Shown: positions 20,665 to 33,323, counted from the stretch's first letter. The stretch: DNA of 64,000 bases from Alphaproteobacteria bacterium (GCA_963555825.3 CAUVXB020000001.1:1472001-1536000); one strand, 5' to 3'. Notes: generated by a model from the letters alone, not told the origin. Program-made: numbers and translations.

Positions 20665-22854
20665 TCAACTCGCCGCCATGTAGTTCGGCAGCCAGGCTTC
20701 GTGCGCCTCTCGTAACTCACCCAGCGATATAGGGTTCTCGCCCGACACTGTCAACGAAGCCCCGCCGGTGCGACCGATGGACTGCGCGGGCACGCCGGCC
20801 GCCATCGCCTCGGCGATGACCGTCGCCGCCGCCTCGGCGGGCACGCTGACGACGTAGCGCGCCTGATCCTCTCCGAACAGCCAGGCGTGAAGCGCCGGTC
20901 CGTCTTCGGGCGGCGTCAGCGTCGCGCCCGTGCCGCCGGCGAGCGCCATCTCGGCGACCGCGACGAGCAGCCCGCCGTCCGATACGTCGTGGCAGACGCT
21001 CACCCGGCCCGCCTCGATCAGGCCGCGGGTGAAGTCGCCGTTGCGCTTCTCGGCCACCAGGTCGACCGCCGGCGGCGGGCCCGCCTCGCTGCCGGCCAGC
21101 TCGCGCGCATACAGCGAGGCGCCCAGGTGGCCCCGCGTCTCGCCGATCAGCACCAGCGTCTCGCCGGGCGCGGTCAGCGCCGGCGTCGCCGTGCGATCGA
21201 GATCGGCGATCAGGCCGACGGCGCCGATCGCCGGCGTCGGCTGGATCGCGCGGCCGTTGGTCTCGTTGTAGAACGACACGTTTCCCGAGACGACCGGGAA
21301 GTCGAGCGCGCGGCAAGCCTCGCCGATGCCCTCGACGCAGCCGACGAACTGGCCCATCACCTCGGGCCGCTCGGGGCTGCCGAAATTGAGGCAGTCGGTG
21401 ACCGCGAGCGGCCTGGCGCCGACCGCGGTCAGATTGCGCCACGCCTCGGCGACCGCCTGGGCGCCGCCGGTCTTCGGTCCGGCGGCGCAATAGCGCGGCG
21501 TACAGTCGGTCGAGATCGCCAGCCCCTTGCCGGTGCCGTGGACGCGCACCACGGCGGCGTCGCCGCCCGGTCGCTGCACGGTGTCGGCCATGACCATGTG
21601 GTCGTATTGCTCCCAGACCCAGCTCTTGTCGCAGAGATCGGGGCAGCCGAGCAAACGCGCGAGGCATTCGGCGACGCTCGCCGATACCTCCCCGATGTCG
21701 GCCTCGGGCGCGTCGGCCGGCGGGTCCCAAGGCCGATCGTATTTCGGCGCCGCCTGGACGAGCGGCGCGATCGGCAGATCGGCGACCGTCACACCGCCCG
21801 CCTTGAGCACCATTCGCCCGCTGTCGGTGATGACGCCGATCACGGCGAAATCGAGTTCCCATTTGCGGAACACTTGGGTCGCCTGTTCGACGGCGCCCTC
21901 GGCGAGCACCATGAGCATGCGCTCCTGGCTCTCCGACAGCATGATCTCGTACGCGCTCATGCCGTCCTCGCGGCGCGGCACGGCGTCGAGATCGAGCTCG
22001 ATGCCGACGTCGCCCTTGGCGGCCATCTCGAACGACGACGAGGTCAGTCCGGCGGCGCCCATGTCCTGGATGGCGACGATGGCGTCGCTCTCCATCAGCT
22101 CGAGACAGGCCTCGATGAGGAGCTTCTCGGTGAACGGGTCGCCGACCTGCACGGTCGGCCGCTTGGCCTCCGAATCGTCGTCGAACTCGGCCGAGGCCAT
22201 GGTCGCGCCGTGGATGCCGTCGCGCCCGGTCTTCGAGCCGACGTAGACCACCGGGTTGCCCACCCCGCTCGCCGCCGAATAGAAGATTCGCTCGGCGTCG
22301 GCGATGCCCACGGTCATGGCGTTGACCAAGATGTTGCCGTCGAACGAGTGGTGGAAGGTGCATTCGCCGCCGACGGTCGGCACGCCGACGCAGTTGCCAT
22401 AGCCGCCGACGCCGGCGACGACGCCGGCCACCAGGTGGCGCGTCTTGGCGTGGTCGGGGCTGCCGAAACGCAGCGCGTTCAGATTGGCGACCGGCCTGGC
22501 GCCCATGGTGAAGACGTCGCGCAGGATGCCGCCGACGCCGGTCGCCGCGCCCTGGTAGGGCTCGATGAACGAAGGATGGTTGTGGCTCTCCATCTTGAAC
22601 ACCGCCACCTGGCCGTCGCCGATGTCGATCACACCGGCGTTCTCGCCCGGCCCGCAGATCACCCAGGGCGCCTCGGTCGGCAGCGTCGCGAGCCACTTGC
22701 GCGACGACTTGTACGAGCAGTGCTCGGACCACATGACCGAGAAGATGCCGAGCTCGGTCGGGTTCGGCGCGCGGCCAAGGATGTCACAGGCCGCGTCGTA
22801 CTCGTCGTCGGTCAGCCCCATCAGGTCGTTGGGGCGGGTCGCGGGGCCGCTCAC
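20665..22854 (-). CDS. purL: phosphoribosylformylglycinamidine synthase subunit PurL
   Basis: [33 protein letters not shown]. Confidence 0.98.
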   Translation of the reverse strand: MSGPATRPNDLMGLTDDEYDAACDILGRAPNPTELGIFSVMWSEHCSYKSSRKWLATLPTEAPWVICGPGENAGVIDIGDGQVAVFKMESHNHPSFIEPYQGAATGVGGILRDVFTMGARPVANLNALRFGSPDHAKTRHLVAGVVAGVGGYGNCVGVPTVGGECTFHHSFDGNILVNAMTVGIADAERIFYSAASGVGNPVVYVGSKTGRDGIHGATMASAEFDDDSEAKRPTVQVGDPFTEKLLIEACLELMESDAIVAIQDMGAAGLTSSSFEMAAKGDVGIELDLDAVPRREDGMSAYEIMLSESQERMLMVLAEGAVEQATQVFRKWELDFAVIGVITDSGRMVLKAGGVTVADLPIAPLVQAAPKYDRPWDPPADAPEADIGEVSASVAECLARLLGCPDLCDKSWVWEQYDHMVMADTVQRPGGDAAVVRVHGTGKGLAISTDCTPRYCAAGPKTGGAQAVAEAWRNLTAVGARPLAVTDCLNFGSPERPEVMGQFVGCVEGIGEACRALDFPVVSGNVSFYNETNGRAIQPTPAIGAVGLIADLDRTATPALTAPGETLVLIGETRGHLGASLYARELAGSEAGPPPAVDLVAEKRNGDFTRGLIEAGRVSVCHDVSDGGLLVAVAEMALAGGTGATLTPPEDGPALHAWLFGEDQARYVVSVPAEAAATVIAEAMAAGVPAQSIGRTGGASLTVSGENPISLGELREAHEAWLPNYMAAS

Positions 22855-23540
22855 CCGAGCGCCTCGACGAGGGAGTCGAACATCGCCCGGCCGTCGTCGC
22901 CGCCGAGCGCCCGATCGGCGAGGCGTTCCGGGTGCGGCATCATGCCGAGCACGTTGCCGGCGGCGTTGAACACGCCGGCGATGTTGTCGCGCGAGCCGTT
23001 CGGGTTGGCGCCATCGGTCAATTCTCCATCGGGCGTGGTGTAGCGAAAGGCGATCCGGTCGTTGTCCTCGAGCGCCTTGAGGCCGTCGTCGTCGACGTAG
23101 TAGTTGCCGCCGTGGTGGGCGACGGGCAAGCGCACCACCTGGCCGCGCTGGTAGCGACCGGTGAACATGGTGCCGCCGACCTCGACGCGCAGATGCACAT
23201 CGCGGCAGACGAACTTCAAATGCTCGTTGTCGAGCAGCGCGCCGGGCAGCAGGCCGGCCTCGGCGGCGACCTGGAAGCCGTTGCAGACCGCGAGCACCGG
23301 CGTGCCCGCCTTGGCGCGCGCGCAGACCTCGCGCATGACCGGCGAATGCGCCGCCATAGCGCCGGCGCGCAGGTAGTCGCCGTAAGCGAAGCCGCCTGGC
23401 AGCACGATCAGGTCGAGCGCCGGCAGCTCGGCGTCGCCGTGCCAGACCATCAGCGGCGGCGCGCCCATGGCGTCGGCAAGCGCAACCTGGATGTCGCGAT
23501 CACAGTTGGATCCGGGGAAAACGACGACGGCGGCCTTCAC
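22851..23540 (-). CDS. purQ: FGAM synthase glutaminase subunit PurQ
   Basis: FPGSNCD, GDYLR, CNGFQ, MMPHPER. Confidence 0.97.
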   Translation of the reverse strand: MKAAVVVFPGSNCDRDIQVALADAMGAPPLMVWHGDAELPALDLIVLPGGFAYGDYLRAGAMAAHSPVMREVCARAKAGTPVLAVCNGFQVAAEAGLLPGALLDNEHLKFVCRDVHLRVEVGGTMFTGRYQRGQVVRLPVAHHGGNYYVDDDGLKALEDNDRIAFRYTTPDGELTDGANPNGSRDNIAGVFNAAGNVLGMMPHPERLADRALGGDDGRAMFDSLVEALG

Positions 23541-23769
23541 GCGAGGGCGACTTTCCGAAAACCGTTACGGGCACCTGCCGGCCCCGCTCGGGGACCGGCG
23601 CGGCGATCCTATGCCGAGCCGCCCGCCGGTTCAAGCGCGCGTCGCGACAGGGCGGAGAAATCGAACTATTTTGCGCGCGTGTAACTCGTCGGCACCATTG
23701 GCGCTGGTCTTACGGCCCGGCTCTCGAATGAATCTCTCTTCATGCATCCTCGATCACCGGCGCAGTCTT

Positions 23770-23941
23770 GAACAAACCGACTTGCCGGCCATGTCCGGAC
23801 GTTCGACGCGGGCCACCGAACGGCCGAGTTCGGCCAAGAACGGTCGTTCGGCTTGGCTGCCTGGAGGGCCCGTTCGGATCAGAAAGCGGACGTTCGAGGA
23901 CCACAGTGTCGAAGGTCAAGTGTAGCTCTTATCGGACACTG
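23770..23941. repeat. array of 4 degenerate ~33-bp palindromic units, period 46-48 bp
   Basis: units start at 23770, 23818, 23864, 23911; best unit GAACGGCCGAGTTCGGCCAAGAACGGTCGTTCG; three end in CGG(A/T)CGTTCG. Confidence 0.65.
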
Positions 23942-24034
23942 TAGAGCACCGAAGTTACTCGGGCAGCATATTGTACTACTACACGCTAAGAGAAGACGGG
24001 ACCCACTCTCGCGCCGACCAAGCCAGCCTATCTA

Positions 24035-26139
24035 TCACTTAAGGAACTTCAACAGCTCGGAGATTGTCTGGGCGGGCTGTTCCTCCGCCAGATAGTGACC
24101 GGCATCCAAAGCTCGCCCGGAAAGCTGGGATGCCTTTTTTTTCCAAATTTCCATCACGTCGAAACACTGCTCCATTACGCCCCTTGCTCCCCAAAGTGAG
24201 TCGGACCCGATTTCCTTGGACACAGAATTGGCTTAATCGAAGTGTCCAAGGAGGACCGGAACATGACCGACAATTTTGAGAACAAAGTTGCTGTTGATGG
24301 GCCTGTGGTAAACGAGGGCGAGCTTGGCTCGTCCACGTTTTCCCCGGGCCAGGTTTCGCCGGCAGGCCCGCTGGGACTTGGCCAGCGGTGGACGGTGACG
24401 CGCAAGCGTGAGGTTGCCCTGCGGCTTTTGCGTGGCGAGCCGGTGGAACTTTTGTCGCGGCAGTTGGGCGTGGAGATTTTCCGGCTCGAGCAGTGGCGTG
24501 AGAAGGCGATCGCCGGGATCGATGCCTCGCTCAAGGAACGCAAGGGCGATCCGGTGAAGGCGGAACTGGACATCGCCATGAAGCGGATCGGGGAGTTGAT
24601 CATGCAGGTGGAACTGCTGGAGGCCAAGACGGAGACGTCCGGCCCTTTGGGGCGGCGGAGGTCGCGGCGATGAGTGCCGCCACCTCTCCCGGCACGGGTT
24701 TGGCCTACGGCCTCCAGCGGGTCTGTGCGGCCTGGGGTTTTGCCCGTTCCTCGTTCTACGCCATGAAATCCCGGCAGCAGGCCACCGCTGAGCGCCCACC
24801 AGCAAAGCGCCGGGGACCGAAGCCCTCGATCTCGGACGAGGCTCTGCTGGTGGCCATCGAGGCCGACCTGGAGGCATCCCCCTGGGAGGGCGAGGGACAC
24901 CGCAAGGTCTGGGCTCGGCTTCGGGTCTGTCGTGGCATCCGTGTTTCCCGCAAGCGGGGGCTCCGGGTGATGCGCGAGAACAACCTGCTCTCGCCCCATC
25001 GCTGCCGCCGCCGTGGCGGAAATCCCCATGTCGGTGAGATCATCACCCATGCCCCCAACCTCATGTGGGGCACGGACGGCGTTCGGGTGTTCACGGTGGA
25101 CGACGGCTGGGGCTGGATATTCACCGCCATCGAGCATTGGAACGCCGAGTGCGTCGGCTGGCATGTGTGCAAGCGAGGCGACCGCTTCGCCGCCCTTCAG
25201 CCGATCTCCATGGGGCTTGCGAGGCTGTATGCCTCGACCTCCGCCGGTGCGGCGCGGGGGCTGGCCTTGCGGATGGATCACGGCTCCCAGTATCTGTCGG
25301 ACCACTTCACCAACCAGATCAAGTTCTGGGGCATCCAGCCGTCCTACGCCTTCGTCGAACAGCCCCAGACCAACGGCGTCGCCGAGAGGTTCAATCGCAC
25401 GCTCAAGGAACAGATCATCCATGGCCGCATCTACCGCAACATCGCGGAGCTGCGGAACGCCGTCCGCGGGTTCGTCGAACAGTACAATGCCCAGTGGATC
25501 GTGGAGAAGAACGGCTACCTGAGCCCCGCTCAAGCTCGTCAGGCGTGGCACACCGCGATGTCACTCAGGCCCGCCGCATGAGACAAACTTGTGTCCAAGG
25601 AACCGGGTGCGATACAGAACGTAATACGCAGGGTCTGAACCGATCATTCTTTCGGGTAAGTCTGGCGGCTGAGCGAGAAAAAAATTGGACCAGTAAAGCA
25701 GCGCAAATTCCCGGCTGATGTGCGCGTATAGTTCAAGTGTGGGCACGATATCGAGAAAGGCAACTTTGGAAACACGCTCCGGAAAATCCAAGGTCATTCG
25801 GTGCGCAACCCGAGCACCAATGTCGTGGCCGGCCAGATAAAAATTCTCGAAACCGAGCGCCGACATGAGCTCCACTTGGTCACAGGCCATCCTCCTATTT
25901 GAGTAAGTCGAGTGGTCTCCCACGTCACGCGGCTTGCCGCTGTCTCCCTGGCCTCGAAGGTCCGCAGCAATGACGGTGAAGTGCTCCGCCAATTCCGGAG
26001 CAACCTTGTGCCACATTGCGTGAGTCTGGGGAATTCCATGAAGCAGCAGCAACGGCGGCCCTTCGCCGCGCCGCACAAAATGGATGTTCACGTCGCTGAC
26101 AACAAGATCATTGGATTCGAAACCCTGGAACATCGTCAT
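24035..26139 (-). pseudogene. haloacetate dehalogenase-like alpha/beta hydrolase interrupted by IS3
   Basis: LLLHGIPQ, DLRGQGDS, GHDIG; C-terminal LWG...GHYLAEEQP at 24035-24196. Confidence 0.88.
24197..25616 (+). mobile_element. IS3-family element (orfA ~24263-24673, orfB 24670-25581)
   Basis: IR TGAGTCGGACCCGATTTCCTTGGACACA / TGTGTCCAAGGAACCGGGTGCGATACA; WGTD, DHGSQY, NGVAERFNRTLKE. Confidence 0.92.
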
Positions 26140-26273
26140 CCATTTCCTACTACGCCTTCACGTAGCGCCCCTGCTTGAGAGTTTACGGGTACACCGCCGT
26201 TCATACGCGACCGCTCTAGTATTACTCAATTGATGTATTTTGCTCCAAGCGTATGTTTTTGTTATACTCGGGT

Positions 26274-27188
26274 ATGCGTGAGTTACCGAATCTGAACGCG
26301 ATTCGTGCATTCGATGCAGCGGCTAGGCATAGCAGCTTCACACGGGCGGCCGACGAACTTGGTGTCAGCCACGCTGCCGTTAGTCGGCATGTGCGCAATC
26401 TAGAGGTCGAGTTGGGCGTCGAACTGTTCGAGCGACACGCACGCCACATCGTGCTAACGGGCGAAGGCAGCCTGTTCGCACGCACCGCTGCAGAATCACT
26501 ATCTGGACTGGAACTCGGGACTGGGCGGCTTAGGCGCGGCGGCGGCCGCAGCACGGTAATTCTTGACGTCGAATCGGACCTCGCCACGCGATGGTTGATG
26601 CCGCTTCTGACAGATGAGACCCTCAGTGCACTCAACGTCAATCTCGATATTCGCATCCGGCCTGATCCACCACGCGCCGTACTTGGTGAAGCTGACCTCG
26701 CGTTAACTTTGGGTGCGGTATCCTGTGCTGGATTCAAGGCCACGCCGTTCTTGGATTACGACGTGTTCCCGGTTGCAGCGCCTTCGCTGCTGGCCTGTGG
26801 CTTAGAACAGGAGAATGCCATCTTCTATACCTCCCATCGTTTGATCCATGAGCGCGGCGTCTACTGGTGGCGTAGCTTTTTCGACGCAATGGATTTCAAT
26901 TTTGACGATGCGGCCGGGCATCTGTTTTTCAACCGTTCGCATCTTTGCATTGACGCTGCTGTCCGTGGGCTGGGGCTCACCATTGGCGACGATGTAGTTT
27001 GCCGCGATCATCTCTCATCAGGTTCACTTGTTCGGCTTTCTGGCCCCACCCTTCCAAACCGCGCGCGTTACTACCTCCTGGTACCCGACACGACATCGCT
27101 TTCGGGGCCGGTCAGGCGGGTACGCGATTGGCTAAGAGAGAGTACAACGCAACCAAACCAGCAAAACTTGGCAGATCACTGGAGATAG
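26274..27188 (+). CDS. GcvA-like LysR regulator
   Basis: LPNLNAIRAFDAAARHSSFTRAADEL; divergent from the hydrolase. Confidence 0.92.
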   Translation: MRELPNLNAIRAFDAAARHSSFTRAADELGVSHAAVSRHVRNLEVELGVELFERHARHIVLTGEGSLFARTAAESLSGLELGTGRLRRGGGRSTVILDVESDLATRWLMPLLTDETLSALNVNLDIRIRPDPPRAVLGEADLALTLGAVSCAGFKATPFLDYDVFPVAAPSLLACGLEQENAIFYTSHRLIHERGVYWWRSFFDAMDFNFDDAAGHLFFNRSHLCIDAAVRGLGLTIGDDVVCRDHLSSGSLVRLSGPTLPNRARYYLLVPDTTSLSGPVRRVRDWLRESTTQPNQQNLADHWR

Positions 27189-27313
27189 TTTCGTCCATTC
27201 CTGGCTATGGGCGCCTCAATTTTTGCTCCGACCAGACGACGGCTTTTCGATCTGAAAGCCGACGTCCGGCTCAGCGATCGTGAAGGACCGAAACGGGTCG
27301 ATTGCGGGCGAAA
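27189..27313. repeat. array of 2-3 degenerate palindromic units cut by IS21
   Basis: GACGACGGCTTTTCGATCTGAAAGCCGACGTCC and, 47 bp later, GAAGGACCGAAACGGGTCGATTGCGG. Confidence 0.6.
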
Positions 27314-30300
27314 TGTCAATGGCGGAGCAAAAAGGGACCACCGTGGCGGTGTAAGAAGGGACCACTTGGCGGCTGCGGGCTTGTCCCCTAGTCCATGGGA
27401 GGGCCCCGCGTGCGACGCGGCGTGCCCTCAACAGGCCGACGCGGCGGCGCGCGCGGGAGGGACCTGTGGGCCCACGGGGTCAAGCGTGGGTTGGGTGGTC
27501 GGTTCAGTTCGCCGTCGGGGTTTGACGCCTGCGGCTCTGGTTGAGCCTGTAGCTCTCGCCATTCATCTCGAGGATGTTGACGTGGTGGGTGAGGCGGTCG
27601 AGGAGAGCGCCGGTAAGCCGCTCGGAGCCGAACACCTCGGTCCATTCGTCGAACGGCAGATTGGTGGTGACCAGGGTCGAGCCCCGCTCGTAGCGCTGGC
27701 TGAACACCTCGAACAGGAGCTCGGCACCGGTCTTGGACAGCGGCACGAAGCCGAGTTCGTCGACGATCAGAAGCTTGTAGGTGGCGAGCTTCTTCTGGAA
27801 CCTCAGCAGCTGCTTGTCATCGCGGGCCTCGATGAGCTCGTGGACCAGTGCGGCGGCGGTGATGAAGCCGACCGAGAGGCCCTTCTGGCAGGCCGCCAAG
27901 CCGAGACCGAGGGCGATGTGGGTCTTGCCGGTGCCGCTGTTGCCGAGCGCGATGAGGTTCTCGCGGCGCTCGATGTACTCGCAGCGGGCCAGCTCCAGGA
28001 CCAACGTCTTGTTGAGCGAGGGGATGACCTTGAAGTCGAAGCTATCGAGGCTCTTGATCACGGGGAAGCGCGCCGCCTTGATGCGCCGCTCGACCATGCG
28101 GCGCTCGCGGTCGATCAGCTCGAGCTCGGCGAGTCGCAACAGATAGCGGACGTGGTCGACGCCTTCCGAGGCACACTGCCGGGCGATCTTGTCGTACTCC
28201 CTCAGGAACGTCGGCAGCTTCAGCCTCTTGAGGTGGTGGACGAGCAGCACCTGCCGTGTGTCGGTCATGCGCCGAGCCCCGACAGCAGGCTCATGTACGA
28301 CTTGGCAGACGTCGTCGCGACCCGGGCGCGCGGCAGGTACGGATAGACGTCGAGGTTGAGTCTGGGCGGCCGCCGCTCGATGCGGCACAGTACCAAGTGC
28401 TTCACCGCATCGAAGCCGATTGCGCCGAGCCTGAGCGCGTCGCCGACCGCACCCTCGACCTCCTCGAGCCGGAAGGTCTCCAGCAGACGGAGCACCTGGA
28501 CGTACTCGCGCTTGCCCGCCTTGCCCATGCGGGCTTCGAGCAGGCGTCGCAGAGTGATGAAGGCCTCGGGCAGGTTCCAGCCCGCCAACGGCGCGGCCTG
28601 GTCGAGGGCGCCGATCTTCTGCTCGATCAAGGGTAGGTAATGCAGCGGGTCGAAGATCAGGTCCTCGCTGTCGTAGGACCGGCGGTGCCGGGCAATCACC
28701 TCCGCGCCGCAAGAGATAACGACCTCGTCGACGTAGCACCGGATCAGCACCTCGCGGTGGCCATAGGCCACGGGCACCGAGTAGTCGTTGCCCCGGCAGC
28801 GCACCAGCGACAGCGAGCTCACCCGTCCAGGGCGCTTGTCGCAGGCATCGTATGGTGCCGGGGGTAGAGGCAAGAAGGCTTCCCGGTCCCGTGCGAGGCG
28901 CTCGCCGATGGTCTCCTTGTGACCCCGCAGCCGCGCCGCCTGGCGCCGGCGGCACTGTCCCGCGAGAGCATCGTTGAGGGCCTCGAAGCTCTCGGCCCGC
29001 GGGACGGGGACCAGGAAGTTCCGCCGGATGAAGCCGACCAGTCCCTCGACCTTGCCTTTGTCGTTGCCCTTGCCCGGCCGGCCGAACCTGTCCTCGAACA
29101 GATAGTGGGATTGAAGTTCCGTGAAGACGCGCGTTCGCTGCCGCTTCCCATCGCCCAGGATGCGGGCGACTGCCAGCTTGGTGTTGTCGTACAGGATGGA
29201 GCGGGGGACGCCGCCGAAGAACGAGCTATGTCCGAAAGTTGGTGACGGAGCTATCAGGCGGCGTGTTTGGTTATCTTGATTCCGTCCTTGAACGGCACTC
29301 CTTCGACGAGTTCGGCGAGTTGATTTGATCCGTCCAGCTTCCGCCATTTCCGCCTGGCACTCAAGATCAGTTTGAAGGCCATGGCGAGCGCCGTCTTGCG
29401 GCTCAGGCACCCCTTGGTCTTCACGGTCCTCAGGCGCACCGTGGCGAAGGTGCTTTCGATGGGGTTGGTGGTGCGGATGTGCTTCCAGTGCTCGGCCGGG
29501 AAGTCGTAGAAGCTCAGCAGGCGTTCACGGTCCTTGACCAGGCGCTCTGCGGCCTTGTGGTATTTTGCGCCGTAGGCTGCGATGAAGAAGTCGAAGGCGG
29601 CTTCGGCGTCGGCCCTAGTCTCGGCCATCCAGATGTCGTGCAGATGGCCCTTGGCTTTGGCCTGCAGGGATTTGGGCATCTGGTTGAGCACGTTGGCGGT
29701 CTTGTGGACCCAGCAACGCTGCACCCTGGTCTCTCCGTAAACCTCGCGTAGCGCCTTCCAGAAGCCCAAGGCGCCGTCGCCGACGGCCAACTCGGGGCCG
29801 GTCTCCAAGCCCCGGCGCTTGAGATCAAGCAGCAGTTCCTTCCAGCTTTGCGCGCTCTCTCGATAACCGTCGACCATGCCGACGATGTCCTTGTTGCCCA
29901 TGGCGTCGGCGCCGATGATCACCAGAACACACTGTTTGTCATGGTCCATGCGAGGCGAGAAGTAGACCCCGTCGGCCCAAAAATAGACGTAGCGCCGAGC
30001 CGAAAGGTCGCGCTTTTGCCAGGCTTCGTATTCGTCCCACCAGACCGCTTTCAGCCGGCCAATGGTGCTGGCCGTCAGGCCCGGCGCGTCCGGTCCCAGC
30101 AGCGCCGCCAGGGCCTCCGAAAAGTCGCCGCTGGAGATGCCCTTCAGATAAAGCCAGGGCAGAAGCGCCTCGACCGACTTGGCGCGCCTGAGATAAGGCG
30201 GCAGGATCGATGACGTGAAACGGATGCGCCCGCCCGTGGCCTGTGGATCTCGGTCTCGCACTCTTGGCCGCTTCACCGTCACAGCTCCGATCCCGGTCTG

Positions 30301-30587
30301 AACCTCGCGTTCCGGCATGTGCCCGTGACGGACAATACGGCGCCGGCCCGAAGCGTCGGTCAAATCGGCATGGGCTTCAATATGGGCGGCAACTTCCGCT
30401 TCAATCGCCTGGCCAAGCAACTGCCGGGCGCCGGCGCGCAATATCTCCGTCAGCGGATCGTCGAAAATCGACTCTGGCTGGCGCAACGCAACAACTGTAT
30501 CGTCTTTCATGGCGTATCCCTTTCTTCGGTATTGGCGTCTTCATCAACGCCAGGATACGCCGCCTTCATTCTCCATCACCAAGATTC

Positions 30588-31708
30588 CCGGTTGCAGCGC
30601 CTTCGCTGCTGGCCTGTGGCTTAGAACAGGAGAATGCCATCTTCTATACCTCCCATCGTTTGATCCATGAGCGCGGCGTCTACTGGTGGCGTAGCTTTTT
30701 CGACGGAGGATTTCAATTTTGACGATGCGGCCGGGCATCTGTTTTTCAACCGTTCGCATCTTTGCATTGACGCTGCTGTCCGTGGCGACCCTGTTCGCCA
30801 GCCCCGACTTCCTGCTCGGATGGAACGACGCGGATCGTCGACCGGCTAGGCGCAGCTCACCATTGGCGACGATGTAGTTTGCCGCGATCATCTCTCATCA
30901 GGTTCACTTGTTCGGCTTTCTGGCCCCACCCTTCCAAACCGCGCGCGTTACTACCTCCTCGGTACCCGACACGACATCGCTTTCGGGGCCGGTCAGGCGG
31001 GTACGCGATTGGCTAAGAGAGCTGTACAACGCAACCAAACGCAGCAAAACTTGGCAGATTCGTTTCTTCGAGCAGGGCGTCGGGCGCCTCAATTTTTGCT
31101 CCGACCAGAAGGACTCGACGACCACGGCTCCGACGTCCGGCTCAGCGATCGTCCGACCGAAACGGGTCGATTGCGGGCGAATGCCCGGTCAATCTCGGAG
31201 CAAAAAGGGACCACCGTGGCGGCCGGAAGTAAGAAGGGACCGTGGATTGGCGGCTGCGGCCTTGTCCCCAAGTCCATGGGAGGGCCCCGCGTGCGACGCG
31301 GCGTGCCCTCAACAGGCCGACGCGGCGGCGCGCGCGGGAGGGACCTGTGGGCCCACGGGGTCAAGCCGTGGGCCGGCGGTCGGTTCAGTTCGCCGTCGGG
31401 GTTTGACGCCTGCGCGCCTGTAGCTCTCGCCATTCACTCGAGGATGTTGACGTCGGGTGAGGCGGTCGAGGAGGCGCTCCTCAAGCCGCTCGGAGCCGAA
31501 CACCTCGGTCCGGATTCGTCGAACGGCAGATTGGTGGTGACCAGCCGTCGAGCCCCGCTCGTAGCGCTGTCTGAACACCTCGAACAGGAGCTCGGCACCG
31601 GTCTTGGACAGCGGCACGAAGCCGAGTTCGTCGACGATCAGAAGCTTGTAGACGTGGCGAGCTTCTTCTGGAACCTCAGCAGCTGCTTGTCATCGCGGGC
31701 CTCGATGA
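30588..31708 (+). repeat. indel-riddled duplicate of ~26768-27834 (lysR 3' half + IS21 end + istB 3')
   Basis: long near-identical blocks interleaved with small indels and foreign patches. Confidence 0.85.
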
Positions 31709-31715
31709 TTCGTGC

Positions 31716-33323
31716 ATGTTTACTTTACGCGGCGACGGACCGGAGAATTGTTTGATCGCTGGTCCGATTTCGGGGACAAACGTCGGCGCCTGATGGAGCA
31801 ATCCTGGGCCGGGGTTTTTCGGAACCATCTGCTTGTCGAACTTCCGGTTGACGATCTTTGCCGTCACCTTGATGAACGCATGGGCCGACCATCGAAGGAT
31901 CTACACGTTGTCATCGGGGTCTTGCTTTTGCAGCAGCTGCACGATCTGAGCGATGCAGAGACCGTCGAGGCCCTGGCCTTCAATATGGCGTGGCACTATG
32001 CCTTGGACGTGCGCAGCGAAGCGGACAGCTATTTCTGTGAGAAAACCCTGCGCAACTATCGCCGTCTGTTTATCGAACAAGGTCTCGATGAATTGCTGTT
32101 CCGGTGTTTGACGGATCGGCTGGTGCAGGGGTTCTCTGTCGATACCAGCCACCAACGCATGGATTCGACGGCCCTTCGTTCGGCAATGCGGGCGCTGACA
32201 CGACTTGGTATCGTTGTTGAGAGCATCTCGAAGTTTGCCCGTGAGCTTGAGCGATATCATCCCGGTCTGCACGAGCAGATCAGCAAGGAGGTGATCCGCC
32301 GCTATGTCGATCGCGAGGGTAATGGCGCGTTCGCGAATACGGCGCCGAGTGTTTCAAAACGGCGCCTCGGCGAAGCGGGTCAGTATCTCCTAGCCCTGGT
32401 GCTGCAATTCCGTGACACGGCGGCGGCAAAGCTTTTCAGTTTTGCGATCCTGGAGAGGGTTCTGCGCGATCAGTTCGAGATCGTTGATGATGAGTATGGC
32501 GATCGTGACGCAACGCGCGCCGCGATTCGAGATCCAAAGGATGTGCCGTGCGATACCGTCGGCAATCCGGCCGACCCGGACGCGAGCTACAACGCGCACA
32601 AGGGTCAAGGATACATGGCGCAGATCGTCGAAACCTATTGTGAAGATGTCAGTAACGAGGCGGTTGCCGCGACACCGGACCTCATCACCCACGTGGAGGT
32701 CCACAAGATGACGGTGCATGACGGCCATCGCTTAGCCGATGCGCTGGATGATCTGAGCGAGCGCGCGCTGACGCCGGCGGTGATGCTGGGTGATTCACAT
32801 TACGGTTCCAGTGACAACATGGCTCTGACGCGCGAACAGAACATCAATCTCGTGGCGCCCGCACGACCGCCGAAAGGCGCCGTCTCGGGACGGTTGACGT
32901 TGGAGGATTTCACTCTCAACGAAGAAGGCTTGGTCTTGCGCTGTCCCAATAACGTCGAACCGGTTTCAGCCTCGCTCGCCAAAGCCAAGCTGCAGGCCCG
33001 TTTCGACCTCTCCATCTGCCAAAAATGTCCCGATAGGCTTACTGCGATGTCCCGTGCAGGCGGCCAAGCGTGACGGCCAATTTTCCCGCTTTCAATATAC
33101 CCCGGCCAGGGCTGCCAACCAAAAGCGCCGGCTTTATGAACAAAGCGATGCCTTCCGCGACGTCTACAGATGGCGGGCCGGCATAGAAGCGACCATGTCG
33201 CGATTAAAGTACCAGATGAACCTGGCTCACCTACGCATTCGCGGCATGCCGGCCATGCGCTACGTGGTCAATCTGCGTGCCCTCGGCCTCAATATCCGAC
33301 GCTGCGCGGCAATCGCACCATAA
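31716..33323 (+). pseudogene. IS1182/IS5-like (DUF772-type) transposase with frameshifts near 31730 and 33040
   Basis: GRPS..L...QQLHDLSD, MDST, DPDASY, GDSHY, YRWRAGIEATMS; right end ...TTTTACCGCCCCGTCAAG at ~33467. Confidence 0.78.

Noticed and set aside
20717-23043. Long overlapping ORFs (671 and 718 aa) on purL, and similar ones on purB and the Mo-hydroxylase
   Set aside because: Shadow frames produced by high-GC codon bias; Arg/Gly-rich with no motifs.
23770-23941. CRISPR array
   Set aside because: Units are too divergent from each other, linkers are only 12-14 nt, and there are no cas genes in the window.
30588-31708. Diversity-generating retroelement TR/VR pair
   Set aside because: Differences are indels and foreign patches rather than adenine-specific substitutions, and no reverse transcriptase is present.
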